Both the position numbers and the translations under genes were made by a program. From Chiloscyllium plagiosum (lineage: Eukaryota): a stretch of DNA of 40,603 bases. Below are positions 1-10,212 of the stretch, one piece after another; the stretch's first letter is position 1, and each line of letters begins with the position of its first letter. The notes under the pieces are model-generated. The model was not told the origin of the DNA. It did no database searches and was given only the letters and a program-made list of their open reading frames with translations. Where the stretch lies: positions 27,175,433-27,216,035 of the forward strand of contig NC_057718.1 in NCBI RefSeq assembly GCF_004010195.1, read 5' to 3'.

Positions 1-863
1 ATTACAACAGGATCTGGACCAGATGGGCCAATGGGCTGAGAAGTGGCAGATGGAGTTTAATTTTGATAAATGCGAGGTGCTGCATTTTGGGAAAGCAAAT
101 CTTAGCAGGACTTATACACTTAATGGTAAGCTCCTAGGGAATGTTGCTGAACAGACAGACCTTGGAGTGCAGGTTCATAGCTCCTTGAAAGTGGAGTCGC
201 AGGTGGATAGCATAGTGAAGAAGGCATTTGGTATGCTTTCTTTTATTGGTCAGAGTATTGAGTACAGGAGTTGGGAGGTCATGTTGCAGCTGTACAGGAC
301 ATTGGTTAGGCCACTGTTGGAATATTGCATGCAATTCTGGTCTCCTTCCTATCAGAAAGATGCTGCAAAACATGAAAGGGTTCAGAAAAGATTTACAAGG
401 ATACTGTCAGGGTTGGAGGATCTGAACTATAGGGAGAGGCTGAACAGGCTGGGGCTGTTTTCCCTGGAGCGTCGGAGGCTGAGGGGTGACCTTAAGGAGG
501 TTTACAAAATCATGAGGGGTATGGATAGGATAAATGGACAAAGTCTTTTCCATGGGGTCAGGGACTCCAGAATTAGAGGGCATAGGTTTAGGGTGAGAGG
601 GGAAAGATATAAAAAAGACTTAAGGGACAATCTTTTCACACAGAGGGTTGTACGTGAATGGAATGAGCTGCCAGAGCAAGTGGTGGAGACTGGTACAATT
701 GCAACATTTAAGAGGCATTTGGATGGGTATGTGAATAGGAGGGGTTTGGAGGGATATGGGCCAGGTGCTAGCAGGTGGGACCAGATTGCATTGGGATATC
801 TGGTCAGCATAGATGGGTTGGACCGAAGGGTCTATTTCCATGCTGTACATCACTATGACTCTA
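1..863 (+). mobile_element. CR1 (HER1-like) LINE, 3' part of ORF2 plus 3' tail
   Basis: ORF 23..868 reads WAEKWQMEFNFDKCEVLHFG...LYRTLVRPLLEYCMQFWSP...RRLRGDL...FTQRVVREWNELP (CR1 RT C-terminus). Ends in the tail catcactatgactctat. Confidence 0.93.
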
Positions 864-864
864 T

Positions 865-1107
865 TTGACACTTTTGATTACCTGTAAAGGCTTGTTATGC
901 AGCCTGACGTCACTCTGCTCACACTATTTGTACTTATCTGTTGCCATTCTAATCATCCGGAATTATCTTGCCATTTACTCTCTGCCTATATATTCTGTGC
1001 CTGAGTGCCTCCCTCCACTTCACCTGACAAAGGAAATGTTTTCTGAAAGCTTGTGATTTTAAATAAACCTGTTGGACTATAACCTAGTGTCAGGTGACTT
1101 CTGACCT
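865..1107 (+). mobile_element. Decayed Penelope-like element terminal repeat (pLTR) with degenerate hammerhead
   Basis: 1021-1107 (cacctgacaaagg...gaaagcttgtg...aataaacctgttggactataacctagtgt) aligns with the PLE terminus at 2909-2995. Confidence 0.7.
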
Positions 1108-1772
1108 TGAAAGTGGAATCACAGGATAGTGAAGAAGGCATTTGGGACACTTGCTTTTATTGGTAAATGCATTGAGTATAGGAGTTGGGATGTTATATTG
1201 TGGTTGTAGAGGACATTGGCTTGGCCACTTTTGGGAGTACTGCATTCATTTCTGCTCTCCTTGCTATATTGTGAAACTTGAAAGTTTCCTTACAAGGACA
1301 TTGACAGGGTTGGAGGGTTTGAGCTGTCAGGAGAGGCTGAGTGGGCAGCGGCTATTTTCCCTGGAGAGGCAGGTGAAGGGTAACCCTTTATACTTTTATA
1401 AAATCATGACGGGTATAGATAGGGTGAATAGTCAAGGTCTTTTTCCCAGGGTAGGGGAGTCCAAAACTAGGAGGCATAGATTTAAAGTGAGAGAGTAAAG
1501 ATTTAAAAAGGACTTAGGGGTCTACTTTTTCACACAAAAGGCAGTGCATGTATGGAATGAGCTGCCAGAGGAAGTGGTGGAGGCTGGTACAATTATAATA
1601 CTTAAAAGGTACAATTATAATACTTAAAAGGCATCTTACTGTGCACATGAATAGGAAGGTTTTAGAGACACCTGAGGCAAATACTGGCAAATGGGATTAG
1701 ATTAATTTAGGATATCTGGTCAGGACGGATGAATTGAACTGAAGGATCGGTTTCTGTTTTGTTTAACTCTAT
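1108..1772 (+). mobile_element. Degenerate CR1 LINE 3' fragment
   Basis: Colinear with 185-863, with frameshifts. Contains a 22-bp tandem duplication at 1586-1629. Confidence 0.9.
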
Positions 1773-1971
1773 GTACCTCCAGCTCAGGTGAGTTACAGCA
1801 AGAGAGCCTGGATGTCCTGAGAAATGGATGAGTTGTTTGTTTGTAATCAAATACTTTTTCTAACTAAATGTTTTAATTTGAACATTGTAAATCCTTCGCT
1901 CAAACAATAATATCTTAGGCCGTGAATTTCCGTTCAAGCATCCAGCATGTAAACATCCCATGTCATAGCAG

Positions 1972-2053
1972 ATGTCCCTGAAGCTGTGCTCTTCGTTGTT
2001 GTAGGACTTCATATAAGAAGGGGTAACACCACACATTCTGAGCAAGTTGCGTG
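1972..2053 (+). CDS. Candidate internal coding exon of an unidentified host gene (..VPEAVLFVVVGLHIRRGNTTHSEQVA..)
   Basis: tagcag acceptor with a weak pyrimidine tract, GTAAAT donor at 2054, open frame, CpG-retaining non-repeat sequence. Ends in phase 2, compatible with the exon at 27822. Confidence 0.3.
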
Positions 2054-2800
2054 GTAAATATGATGATTTAATAACTGGTGAGTGGAAAGTTACTGAAGGA
2101 ACTTATGCAAGAGTAGTTCCTGAAGGATTACTCATCTCATATTGTATAGGCACAACAACTTAAATAAGTCTTAGACAGCATATTGACATCATGTATTTTA
2201 AATATGCTCCACAGACTACTTCAATTTCTCTTGAAACAATAATCACCAAAACATGAACAATGGTGTGCTGAACCGTGTTTGTTCAGTTAATTATACAAAC
2301 TGTGTTGTGATTTACAGATTAAGTAGTCCCAGTCTGAATTTAAGATGAGAATCATATGGGCGGAGTACACAGGCTGCAAACACTCGTGAGATTGCTTAAA
2401 AAGTGATGAGTGGGCCAGCCTCCTGATCGCTTGCAGCGTATTTCATATCGTTTCTTCACAAGCCTCGTAGCTTTAAGTATCTCCACGTACCTTCCTGCTG
2501 AAACAAGCACACAGGAGCTCACCCTCAGGGCAGGATTGTGCATAATACAGTGTGTGCATGACTCCTGTGTTTAAAATTGCCCTGCTGCTCTCAGCACTCC
2601 CAAGTTGTACATTTTAAAGCCGTGGCAATTCATGCAACCAATTGCCTAACTAGTGCCACCATGAGGTGGGGAGTCTCAAATGCAAACTAGAATTCTCACA
2701 TGGTGGTGGAAATAGTCTTTGGCAAAAATATTGCTTGAATTTTTTTAAGTTGGATGTTTAACGTAAGAAAAAAAAGATTGAAACTACACCTTTCCTTTGT

Positions 2801-2995
2801 CATGATTTGGAGATGCCGGTGTTGGACGGGGGTGTACGAAGTTAAAAATCACACAACACCAGGTTATAGTCCAACAGGTTTAATTGGAAGCACACTAGCT
2901 TTCGGAGTCACCTGATGAAGGAGCGTCGCTCCGAAAGCTAGTGTGCTTCCAATTAAACCTGTTGGACTATAACCTGGTGTTGTGTGACTTTTAAC
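2801..2995. mobile_element. Short inverted (fold-back) PLE-terminus insertion with hammerhead and probable 13-bp TSD
   Basis: 67-bp inverted arms at 2841-2907 and 2929-2995 (1 mismatch). Flanks acctttcctttgt (2788-2800) and accttacctttgt (2994-3006). Confidence 0.85.
2909..2943 (+). ncRNA. Minimal type I hammerhead ribozyme motif (AGCU stem III subfamily)
   Basis: CAC-CTGATGA-A-GGAGC gtc GCTCC-GAAA-GC-TA-GTG. Core boxes, 5-bp stem II, palindromic AGCT stem III, stem I CAC/GTG. Predicted cleavage after A2940. Confidence 0.8.
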
Positions 2996-3094
2996 CTTAC
3001 CTTTGTGATAGATTTTATCCTAAGTGGCTGTCTCTCCTCAGGAACCATACTTTGAAATGCTTTAGGTGACTATGGCTTTGGTCCACAAATATAT

Positions 3095-3312
3095 TTGGAA
3101 AAGCACTGTGGTGGTTTGCCATTCTCTTCTGCAGACCATTGATCAGGGATCTTCCACCTGCTACTGATATATGTTTTAAGGATTTACAAGTTGATGCTCA
3201 ACCTGTTTGACCATATTATGAATGCACCTTCCTTGAACACCAAGACTTAGAATGGAACTTGAATTCAGAATGTCTAGCTGAGAATTAGAGATACCCATCA
3301 CTGCATTACAAG
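3095..3312 (-). mobile_element. Old tRNA-derived SINE with RTE-like segment
   Basis: The reverse complement has a tRNA-like head homologous to 5019-5078 and the motif gcagaagagaatggcaaaccac. Confidence 0.55.
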
Positions 3313-3344
3313 ATCTCCATATTCCAAGTGGCACATTGTGGCTT

Positions 3345-3455
3345 AAATTCCCATCTTCATGTTACCATTCCAATGCTACCCTGATTGAGATCAGCCACCT
3401 GAATCACTGAATCAGGAATCATACCTTTGACCTTATGCTCTGTGTGGTTCAGCAC
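3345..3455 (-). mobile_element. Ancient SINE remnant (LF-SINE-like)
   Basis: The reverse complement gctgaaccacacagagc...ggctgatctcaatcagggtagc resembles the LF-SINE-type head/body as recalled. Highly diverged. Confidence 0.35.
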
Positions 3456-3484
3456 ACTTTGGTATTTTCAATGATTTATACGTT

Positions 3485-3725
3485 CCACCATTGGTGATGC
3501 CTTTTGCTGTCTGTAGGGACTAAGTTCTGGATTCCCTTTCGAAACCTCACCACATCCCAACATTACTTTCCTCCTTCAAAATGCTTCTATAAACCTTCCT
3601 GTTTGACAAAACTTTTGGTTACCTAATAGCTTGGTGGGAAATTTTATTTTACAATACTCCTGTGAAGGACTCTGAAACATTTCAATTATATTCAAAGCAC
3701 CATTTGAATGCAATTATTTGTTTTT
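3485..3725 (+). mobile_element. L2 LINE 3' end remnant
   Basis: ccaccattgg...aagttctggattccct...ttcctccttcaaaatgcttctataaaccttcctgtttgacaaaacttttgg...ctcctgtgaagg resembles the L2 terminus. Confidence 0.65.
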
Positions 3726-3774
3726 TTTATGGATTAATCCTTTGGCTGGTTTGTTTAATATTAGTTATATTCCT

Positions 3775-3970
3775 GATGTAGCAATACTGCTCTGAGCCAA
3801 AAGGTTGTGTGTTTAAGATCCATTCCAATGATGTCTTCCATGTTGGCATGTCCAGTGCAGTACAGAGGAAGTGTTGCACTGTCAGAGATGCCAAATTCAG
3901 ATGAGACATTGAAACCCACAACTACCTGTTCTCATACATAGATGTAAATATCACAGGGTTATTTCTTTCC
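3775..3970 (+). mobile_element. DeuSINE (SacSINE1/AmnSINE1-like) remnant
   Basis: Deu-domain-like sequence ccagtgcagtacagaggaagtgttgcactgtcagagatgcc...cagatgagacattgaaacc...gatgtaaatatcac. Confidence 0.65.
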
Positions 3971-5018
3971 ACATAGCATCTGCAAGGAGATGTTTCTGAC
4001 TGGCATTTACACATCTTTAGAAGATTTAGCAGCTGGTCAAAATAACTGGTCTGAAAATCAGACCACTCTGCCTTATAGAAATGGTTTAAGATTACAGTTC
4101 AAACAAGAAAGAAAAGGCAAATTTAGGACTGAAAGGTGTATTTGCCATTATGTAAATTTGTGCAATATTAATAAGATTTTATTCATCAATGACTCATGCA
4201 GGAGCAATTATCTTGTTAGAAGTCTGGTAACAATTCATGGGTGTGACTTCAGGTGAATCAACAAATAAATTACAGCCATTAATCCTTATTGCAATATTTG
4301 TAATTTACAAAACTCCCAAAAATAATGATTGCATCACATGAAGATAAGCATTTAACCTGCTGAACTGGTTACAATATTGAGTTCAACAAATGTACACCTT
4401 CTTTCAGAAAGTGATCTGAGTAACAACTACACATAAAGAATGTAAAATTTGCCTTTCCTAGGCTTTAACCCAATTATACAATTTCCCCAAAAGTTACAAA
4501 AATCTAAGTACATAAAAGTAATTCACACCCTACAGTTCTGATTATTTACTTTCCACTGATGGCACTCTATTGTTCATTTTGCTATGAGTATTACTGTAGT
4601 CTGTATTTGACAAAACCATGGGAACTTATGTTCAGAGTGAGGCTATTTGTCCCAGTTTGCCTGCGTAAACTCCATTTTGGAATCATCTTCTTGCACCATT
4701 ACCATGCCCATTAATTTCTTGTTGAATTGTTTATTTGATACATGTCATCCATGACCGTCCTTCAATTACCAATAATGATCATGTGCCCAACATTTTAATG
4801 AAAAAGATGTCTGCAAGCTCATGATCTTATAATATGAATCCAGCAACCAGTGGAAAACAAAAATATTCGTTATTAAGCCTTTTAGATTCTTTCACATTTC
4901 CAACTTGTCCATTATATAACTCCCTAACCTTTGCTGTAGTTAATCCAACCTGAGTGTGTCTTAACCTTGCACAGTTGAACTTGCTTTTAAGCAAAGTGAG
5001 CAATGCTCCAGTAACATT

Positions 5019-5128
5019 CTTGTGGTGCAAGGGCAGTGACCCTACCTCTGAGCCAAGAATCCTGGGTTCAAGTCCCATCTGCACAAGAGGTGAGTAATAG
5101 CATCTCTGCACAGGTTGCTCAGAAAATA
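5019..5128 (+). mobile_element. tRNA-derived SINE head
   Basis: A-box-like tggtgcaaggg and B-box ggttcaagtcc. Confidence 0.65.
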
Positions 5129-5134
5129 TGAGAA

Positions 5135-5505
5135 TATCCCACCTCAGCACCCTGCTTTTGAACTCTGGGCAACGGGGCAGAGAGGAGTCAATACATTGGA
5201 GGATTGTGTTTTGTCCCAGCTCCTGGATCTGGCCAAGGTGGCCGTGACCAGATCTAGGCAGCAAGCTATGGAGGGGGTTATAGTTGCCAACTGCTTGCCT
5301 CTCCACCGTGGCTATGTTTGTGCACATGGTGTCCCCCGATATTACCTATGTCTTCAGAGAGCACTGGGCTCTGCAGAGGGTGGAGTGTCTTACTTCCCGA
5401 ATACCATTTTGATTTCCCTTTCCCTTTTCATTTGGAGTCATAGCACTGCCCCTGATGTCCATTGGTAATTTAAGGGGTGGTTTATTAGTGGAAAATAAAA
5501 TAGAA
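5135..5505 (+). mobile_element. Tx1-type (L1 clade) LINE 3' end
   Basis: Translation LLDLAKVAVTRSRQQAMEGVIVANCLPLHRGYV resembles the Tx1 ORF2 C-terminus. Followed by aataaa and an A-rich end. Confidence 0.65.
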
Positions 5506-5959
5506 AAGTAACATAGATGATTTGGTGATGGTAAAATCTGTTCAGTTGTGCATGAAAGCACGTTGGGATAAAAAAAAACACTCCAGTGCTATTTCTAAAA
5601 GCACATGCATGATGCTAGTCATTATAATCCTACACGTTTTTAATGCTCCCCATTGCTGCTTCAAGGTTCAGACATCTACACTGACTGATGTGGCAGGATC
5701 AGGTTAGGATCAGGGTTAGTGATAGGGGTCTTTTGACTTCAGCTTTCTGCACAGGCAAAGTGCCAAAGTTCAGTACAGACGGAACATCAGGACCTAGAAC
5801 TGGGCCACACTCTGCTGTTGCCAGGGTCTGGGTGTCGAGCGGGGCCAGGGGTTTAGACCAAGAGCAACACCAGGACCTGTTTCTTCTGTCCCTGTCCCTG
5901 CCAGGTGCTTCATGATTTGCTGCAGGAAAAGACCCTCAGAATAACCAATGACTGGAAAA

Positions 5960-6239
5960 GGGTGGCACGGTTGCTCAGTGGTCAGCACTCCTGCCTCACT
6001 GCACCTGGGACCCTTGTTCAATTCCAGCCCCAGGTGATTGTGTGGAGCTTGCACATTCTCCCTGTGTCAGTGTGACTTTCCTCTGGGTGCTCTAGTTTCC
6101 TCCCACAGATATGCAGGTTAGATGGATTGGCCACAGGAAATACAGGGGTGAAAGTGGGTCTGGGTGGGCTGCTCTTTGGTAGGTCAGTGTGGACTTGATG
6201 GGCTGTATGGCCTGCTTCCACACTGTAGGGATTCTATGA
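5960..6239 (+). mobile_element. HE1/V-SINE-type tRNA SINE
   Basis: tRNA head (ggcacggttgctcagtggtcagcact...gttcaattcc), V-domain (gtgtggagcttgcacattctccc...gtttcctcccacag) and CR1-like tail. Confidence 0.9.
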
Positions 6240-7319
6240 ACAGATACCACATAAAGTCTGAATATTGGTAAAGGTGTGTGGGAGAATGACTCTTAGCAGG
6301 AAATTATACCTGCCAAGGCATTCAATAACAAGTATTTGAAATGTCTGCACTCCATTGCAGAAGTCATCACCAACTGCTGCTGTATGTAAAATTTTTAAAA
6401 CTCTGACAATAATTAACACCTGAAGAAATGATATTCCCCAAATGCAATGGTTAATTATCAGTGCTGAAGGAGTTAACTGGGAATAAATCACACAATTTGT
6501 CAGTAAAAGGGCACTTATGCGGTCTGAAAATGACAAGATTTAACATCAAACCACACCAATACCGCAAACCTGATGAACCACAAACTAGTCAGACAGTGGC
6601 AAGACCAGTAGTGGGCTTGCTTTTGGAATCAAGTGTCCAGGGGTGGAGGTCTCACCTGCTGAGAGGAGACAGAGGTGGCAGCTGAAACAATGAGATTTCA
6701 AGCCCCAGGATTGCAGAGTAATCCAGGCCAGAGGTTAAAAAAATGTCAGGATGTGAGGGCTGTAGGAAAAGTGGTTTAGTTGGTGGTGTTGGTGGCAATC
6801 AGTGATCATTCCTTTTCCTAAAACTGATTCCCTCAATTGGGCACCAAGTGCCTTTTACCAGGGGAACTTCTCCAGAACTGACAAGCTGGCTGCACAGTTT
6901 TATATGTCATGCCTGGCACATGGTGGCAGGCACACCTGTCCCTGGGTGGGATATGGCTCTTAAATGTTTACTAATTGGCCACCTAAAGGTTAGATTGGGA
7001 AGGCTGGCCACTGACTTTCCCATCCAGAACTTAAATCTGATGGATGCAGGAAGGCCTCCATCTACTTAATTAAATGTCTTTCCTCACTCCGGGCTCACTG
7101 CCAAAAGGATTAGAAGACAACACCTTTCATCCCTGAGAAGCTAATAGCAGAGCAATGGATCTTGGAAAGCAAAGTGTCATTTCTCTGCATTTAACTATGT
7201 ATCTGTCCATGTTAATTGTTGCTGTTCTTGCAAATATCCATTTCATAATTTGTATACTTCAGAATATAACTGTTAGTTTTGCAATTAGATGTTAAATGTT
7301 AAATAAATGAAAAGCTAAC

Positions 7320-9640
7320 CCTATTGCAGGTCACAGTTAGACAAAAATGTTTTTCCTATCTATTGGCACCAAATCAACTTTTGAGACTTTAATAGCTTTT
7401 GTGTATCATTTGGTTATTACTCTAGAAGATCAAATATATATTAACTAACCTTTTAAACATTTCATTCCTCAATTGTCCTGGCATTTTTGTTTCACTCCCT
7501 CTGACTTTCACTACCTTAAATATAACTTCCTGCTCTCTATCTTCCCTGTCATAATATCTCTTGAAGATATCAACATGACAAATAAACTGATTTTTTTTCC
7601 GCTACATAATTCACATGATTGAGTTTCATTTTGAGTTAATAATCAGTTCAAAGGGACTGAAACATATAGACTCATTAAGAGCACCCCTAATGACAAACAG
7701 TAACAAAGGAATTCCTTTATCACAATCATGAGGATATTCTTCATAAGAAACACAAATTTGATGTCACCTTTCCAATGCACCTTGAGATTATGGATGATAA
7801 ATAGCAGGCACAACTTTCTTTTATTTCCAAAGTAGTCATCATTTATCTGAATATTTGTCACACAAAATTTGAATCTTGATCTGACTGTATGTCTTTTGGT
7901 AAACATATTTTGTAATAAAAAATAACATTTCCTCTATCATATTTGCAGTAACTTGACCTTTAAAGCACTACTTCAGGAAATTTTGTTGACATCCATAATT
8001 GTTAAAAGATACTGATTCCTATTCAGGTTTCAGTGAAAGATCTTAGACAATCTACTAAGACCCTGTTAAACAGTTCTCCAAAAGCTGGTTTCAGGATTAG
8101 AAGTGGAAGTTTATTTAATGGTTTCCCCCACTGCTTGACATGTATGGCATGTCTGGCAAAATTTGACCACAATTTTATGTAATCCTGCTCAATAAAAATG
8201 TTTTAGTCTGTGTTTTCTTAATACCTAAAATACCTGACCTTGGAATTTCATGAGCCATTCATAAAGTTCCTGATGAGACTCAGATAGAATTACCACCTAA
8301 TGGAGAAACCACCTGATGGATCACCACATATTTCTCATTGTCATTATCTGAGATGGCTTCCATTTCCTTATTGTACCTCATCTTTCAAGTATTAACATTC
8401 AGATATTGGTTCTGATTCAATTTATGTGTAAGCTGTTTGATGTAATTCTCTCAACTCAGAATCCTTTGCTGTATTTCATGAAAGAAGCTGGGCTAAACAT
8501 ATCCGTCTCATTCTCTTTACCTTCACCCTTTTTAGTAAAGTTTTCCTTCTTTTTAATGGTCTCTTTTTCTTCCTGTCTCAGTGAATGGAACTTGAGATTT
8601 AGTTACAATACAGTCACAGAGTCATAGAGATGTACAGCAGGGTCACAAAACCATTTATAAATACTATTTATCTGCAATGTCACAATTCCAATTATATCCT
8701 CTTGTTGTTCCCTCAGTGAGGAAAGTGATTCCCCAAAATAAAATCTTTTCCTCCATAGGGATTTGTTTCACTACTCCAACTACAACTTATCTGTTTACTA
8801 AGTTGCTGTCTCATCAATCTCTCGAAAGTGGGTTTGGTATGTAATATCCATGTATATGTCCAATTAATATTTTCTCCTTCATTAACCCATCTGAAAATCA
8901 AATCATATCATCAGTCAACATCAGTTGCCGACTTATTCCAGCATCCCCCAATATCTTTATTGGAATACCTCCTTGATTCAAAGTATAAGGAAACTTCTGT
9001 CACTTGAGAGAAAATATTATGAACTTTCAGTGGTTGGATTGTCTTTATCAATATCTTAAGAAGAACTTTCTTGCTTGTCCAGAACCATCTCACTTGCCTT
9101 AGTCCATTCTTTGGAAACATATGCTTTTTGTACTACCACTACATTTTTAATACCTATTTCCTTTTTTGATGCCATTTTTTTCTGTGAATTCCTTAAATGG
9201 TCTTGCAACTGCAATCAGTCTCTTATTTAATTTCCAGCAATTTGCTTTGGCATATCGAGTCTTATTACAATGGAAGCATGGTTCTAGCCTTTCTTCTTTT
9301 TCATTTTGGTGCCCTCTGTTTGTTCACTAAACCTAGTGTCTCTTACATCTGCAGATTTTCTACTCTTCCAGTTCGGTTGTGGGTACCCATATGACTACCT
9401 TCTCTGCAATTGTCTGTGTGAGATACTATAGATATCTGACAAAACTGCTGCTTTTCTGATCTTTGATTCTTGATGCTCATCTAAATACAATATTCAGTTT
9501 GCAGGAATGTTATTCTTTCAGTTTTTCCATAAGCCTTTTCTGTAACTTCAGAGATCAAAGCCACTGATCCCACAATATTTCTGTTTCTCTGAAAATTCCA
9601 CATACGTCTGATTAATTTTCTTTCTTGTAGTTCTAAATTT
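7320..9640 (-). mobile_element. Decayed Gmr1-like Ty3/Gypsy LTR retrotransposon internal region (gag-protease-integrase)
   Basis: Minus-strand pseudo-translation: gag QTYVEFSEKQK...KAAVLSDIY (~9620-9420); protease IPIKILGDAG (~8970) and VVVGVVKQIPM..FILGN (~8790-8725); integrase AHEIP..G..CQTCHTC (~8255-8135), LPKDIQSDQDSNF (~7900), YHP*SQGALER, DKGIPLLLFVIR..NES..FSPFEL, CHVDIFKRYYDRE (~7580). Confidence 0.8.
8606..8640 (-). mobile_element. CR1 3' tail fragment inserted in the Gypsy remnant
   Basis: agtcacagagtcatagagatgtacagca is the reverse complement of the CR1 tail. Confidence 0.7.
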
Positions 9641-10007
9641 TAATTGATAAGCTTCATGGGACAAGTCTATAAGCTACTGAATATCATTTTGCTAACAGTT
9701 ACATTATTTGAAATCATTACTTACTCATTGTCTCCATTATCAGTTTTTCTTTCACCCCTAGCTTACTATCAAGTGCCCATTATCTGTCTAATCTTCTTTA
9801 TCTCTCCCTGGTCTCCGTCTTCAACTATCTCCTCACTCCTCCTCCCATCCACAACCGCATCATAAAGTAAAGTTTATGACTTACAAGGTAAAACAATGAA
9901 ATAAATCAATAAAACTAAATAAATATAAATCACAATTTACAATGCCAAACCCAAAGGTTACCCTTTTATCTCAAATCTTTAAGTTCAATTGACTTTTCCA
10001 GTTCACT

Positions 10008-10057
10008 CACTCTCCCTCTCTCTCTCACACACACAACCACACACACACCACACACAC
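10008..10057. repeat. Imperfect (CT)n(CA)n microsatellite
   Basis: ctctccctctctctctcacacacacaaccacacacacaccacacacac. Confidence 0.8.
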
Positions 10058-10094
10058 CTGAAAACTTACACTTCCTTAGTTATTTAATAATCTC

Positions 10095-10192
10095 TGACAA
10101 CATTATGGTCTGGATCTCAAACAATGACAAGACAGAATATAGGAGAGAGAGAGATAGAGTGCTTGGTGGCGTGGTGTTAAAGATAAAAATCT
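10095..10192 (+). mobile_element. Rex1/Babar LINE fragment, left part (split by L1)
   Basis: ISNNDKTEYRRE..IECLVAWC.KD, continuing at 16095 as KDNNLSL. Confidence 0.8.
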
Positions 10193-10203
10193 TGGGGGGG
10201 ATT

Positions 10204-10212
10204 CAAGATGGC
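10204..10212 (+). promoter_or_regulatory. YY1-type motif at the L1 5' end (internal promoter)
   Basis: CAAGATGGC lies directly after the 5' G-run, the position where mammalian L1s carry a YY1 site. Confidence 0.6.

Noticed and set aside
23..868. 281-aa ORF as a host gene
   Set aside because: It is the C-terminus of CR1 ORF2 running into the 3' UTR, and many homologous copies lie in the window.
1586..1629. 22-bp direct repeat as a CRISPR-like or regulatory repeat
   Set aside because: It is a simple adjacent tandem duplication inside a CR1 copy with no spacer.
2841..2995. DNA-transposon MITE or intrinsic terminator
   Set aside because: The arms match PLE terminal sequence that also occurs singly at 1021-1107. 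The context is eukaryotic.
8640..9640. Initial reading as decayed CR1 RT
   Set aside because: Other minus-strand frames give clearer Gypsy gag and protease motifs colinear with the integrase.
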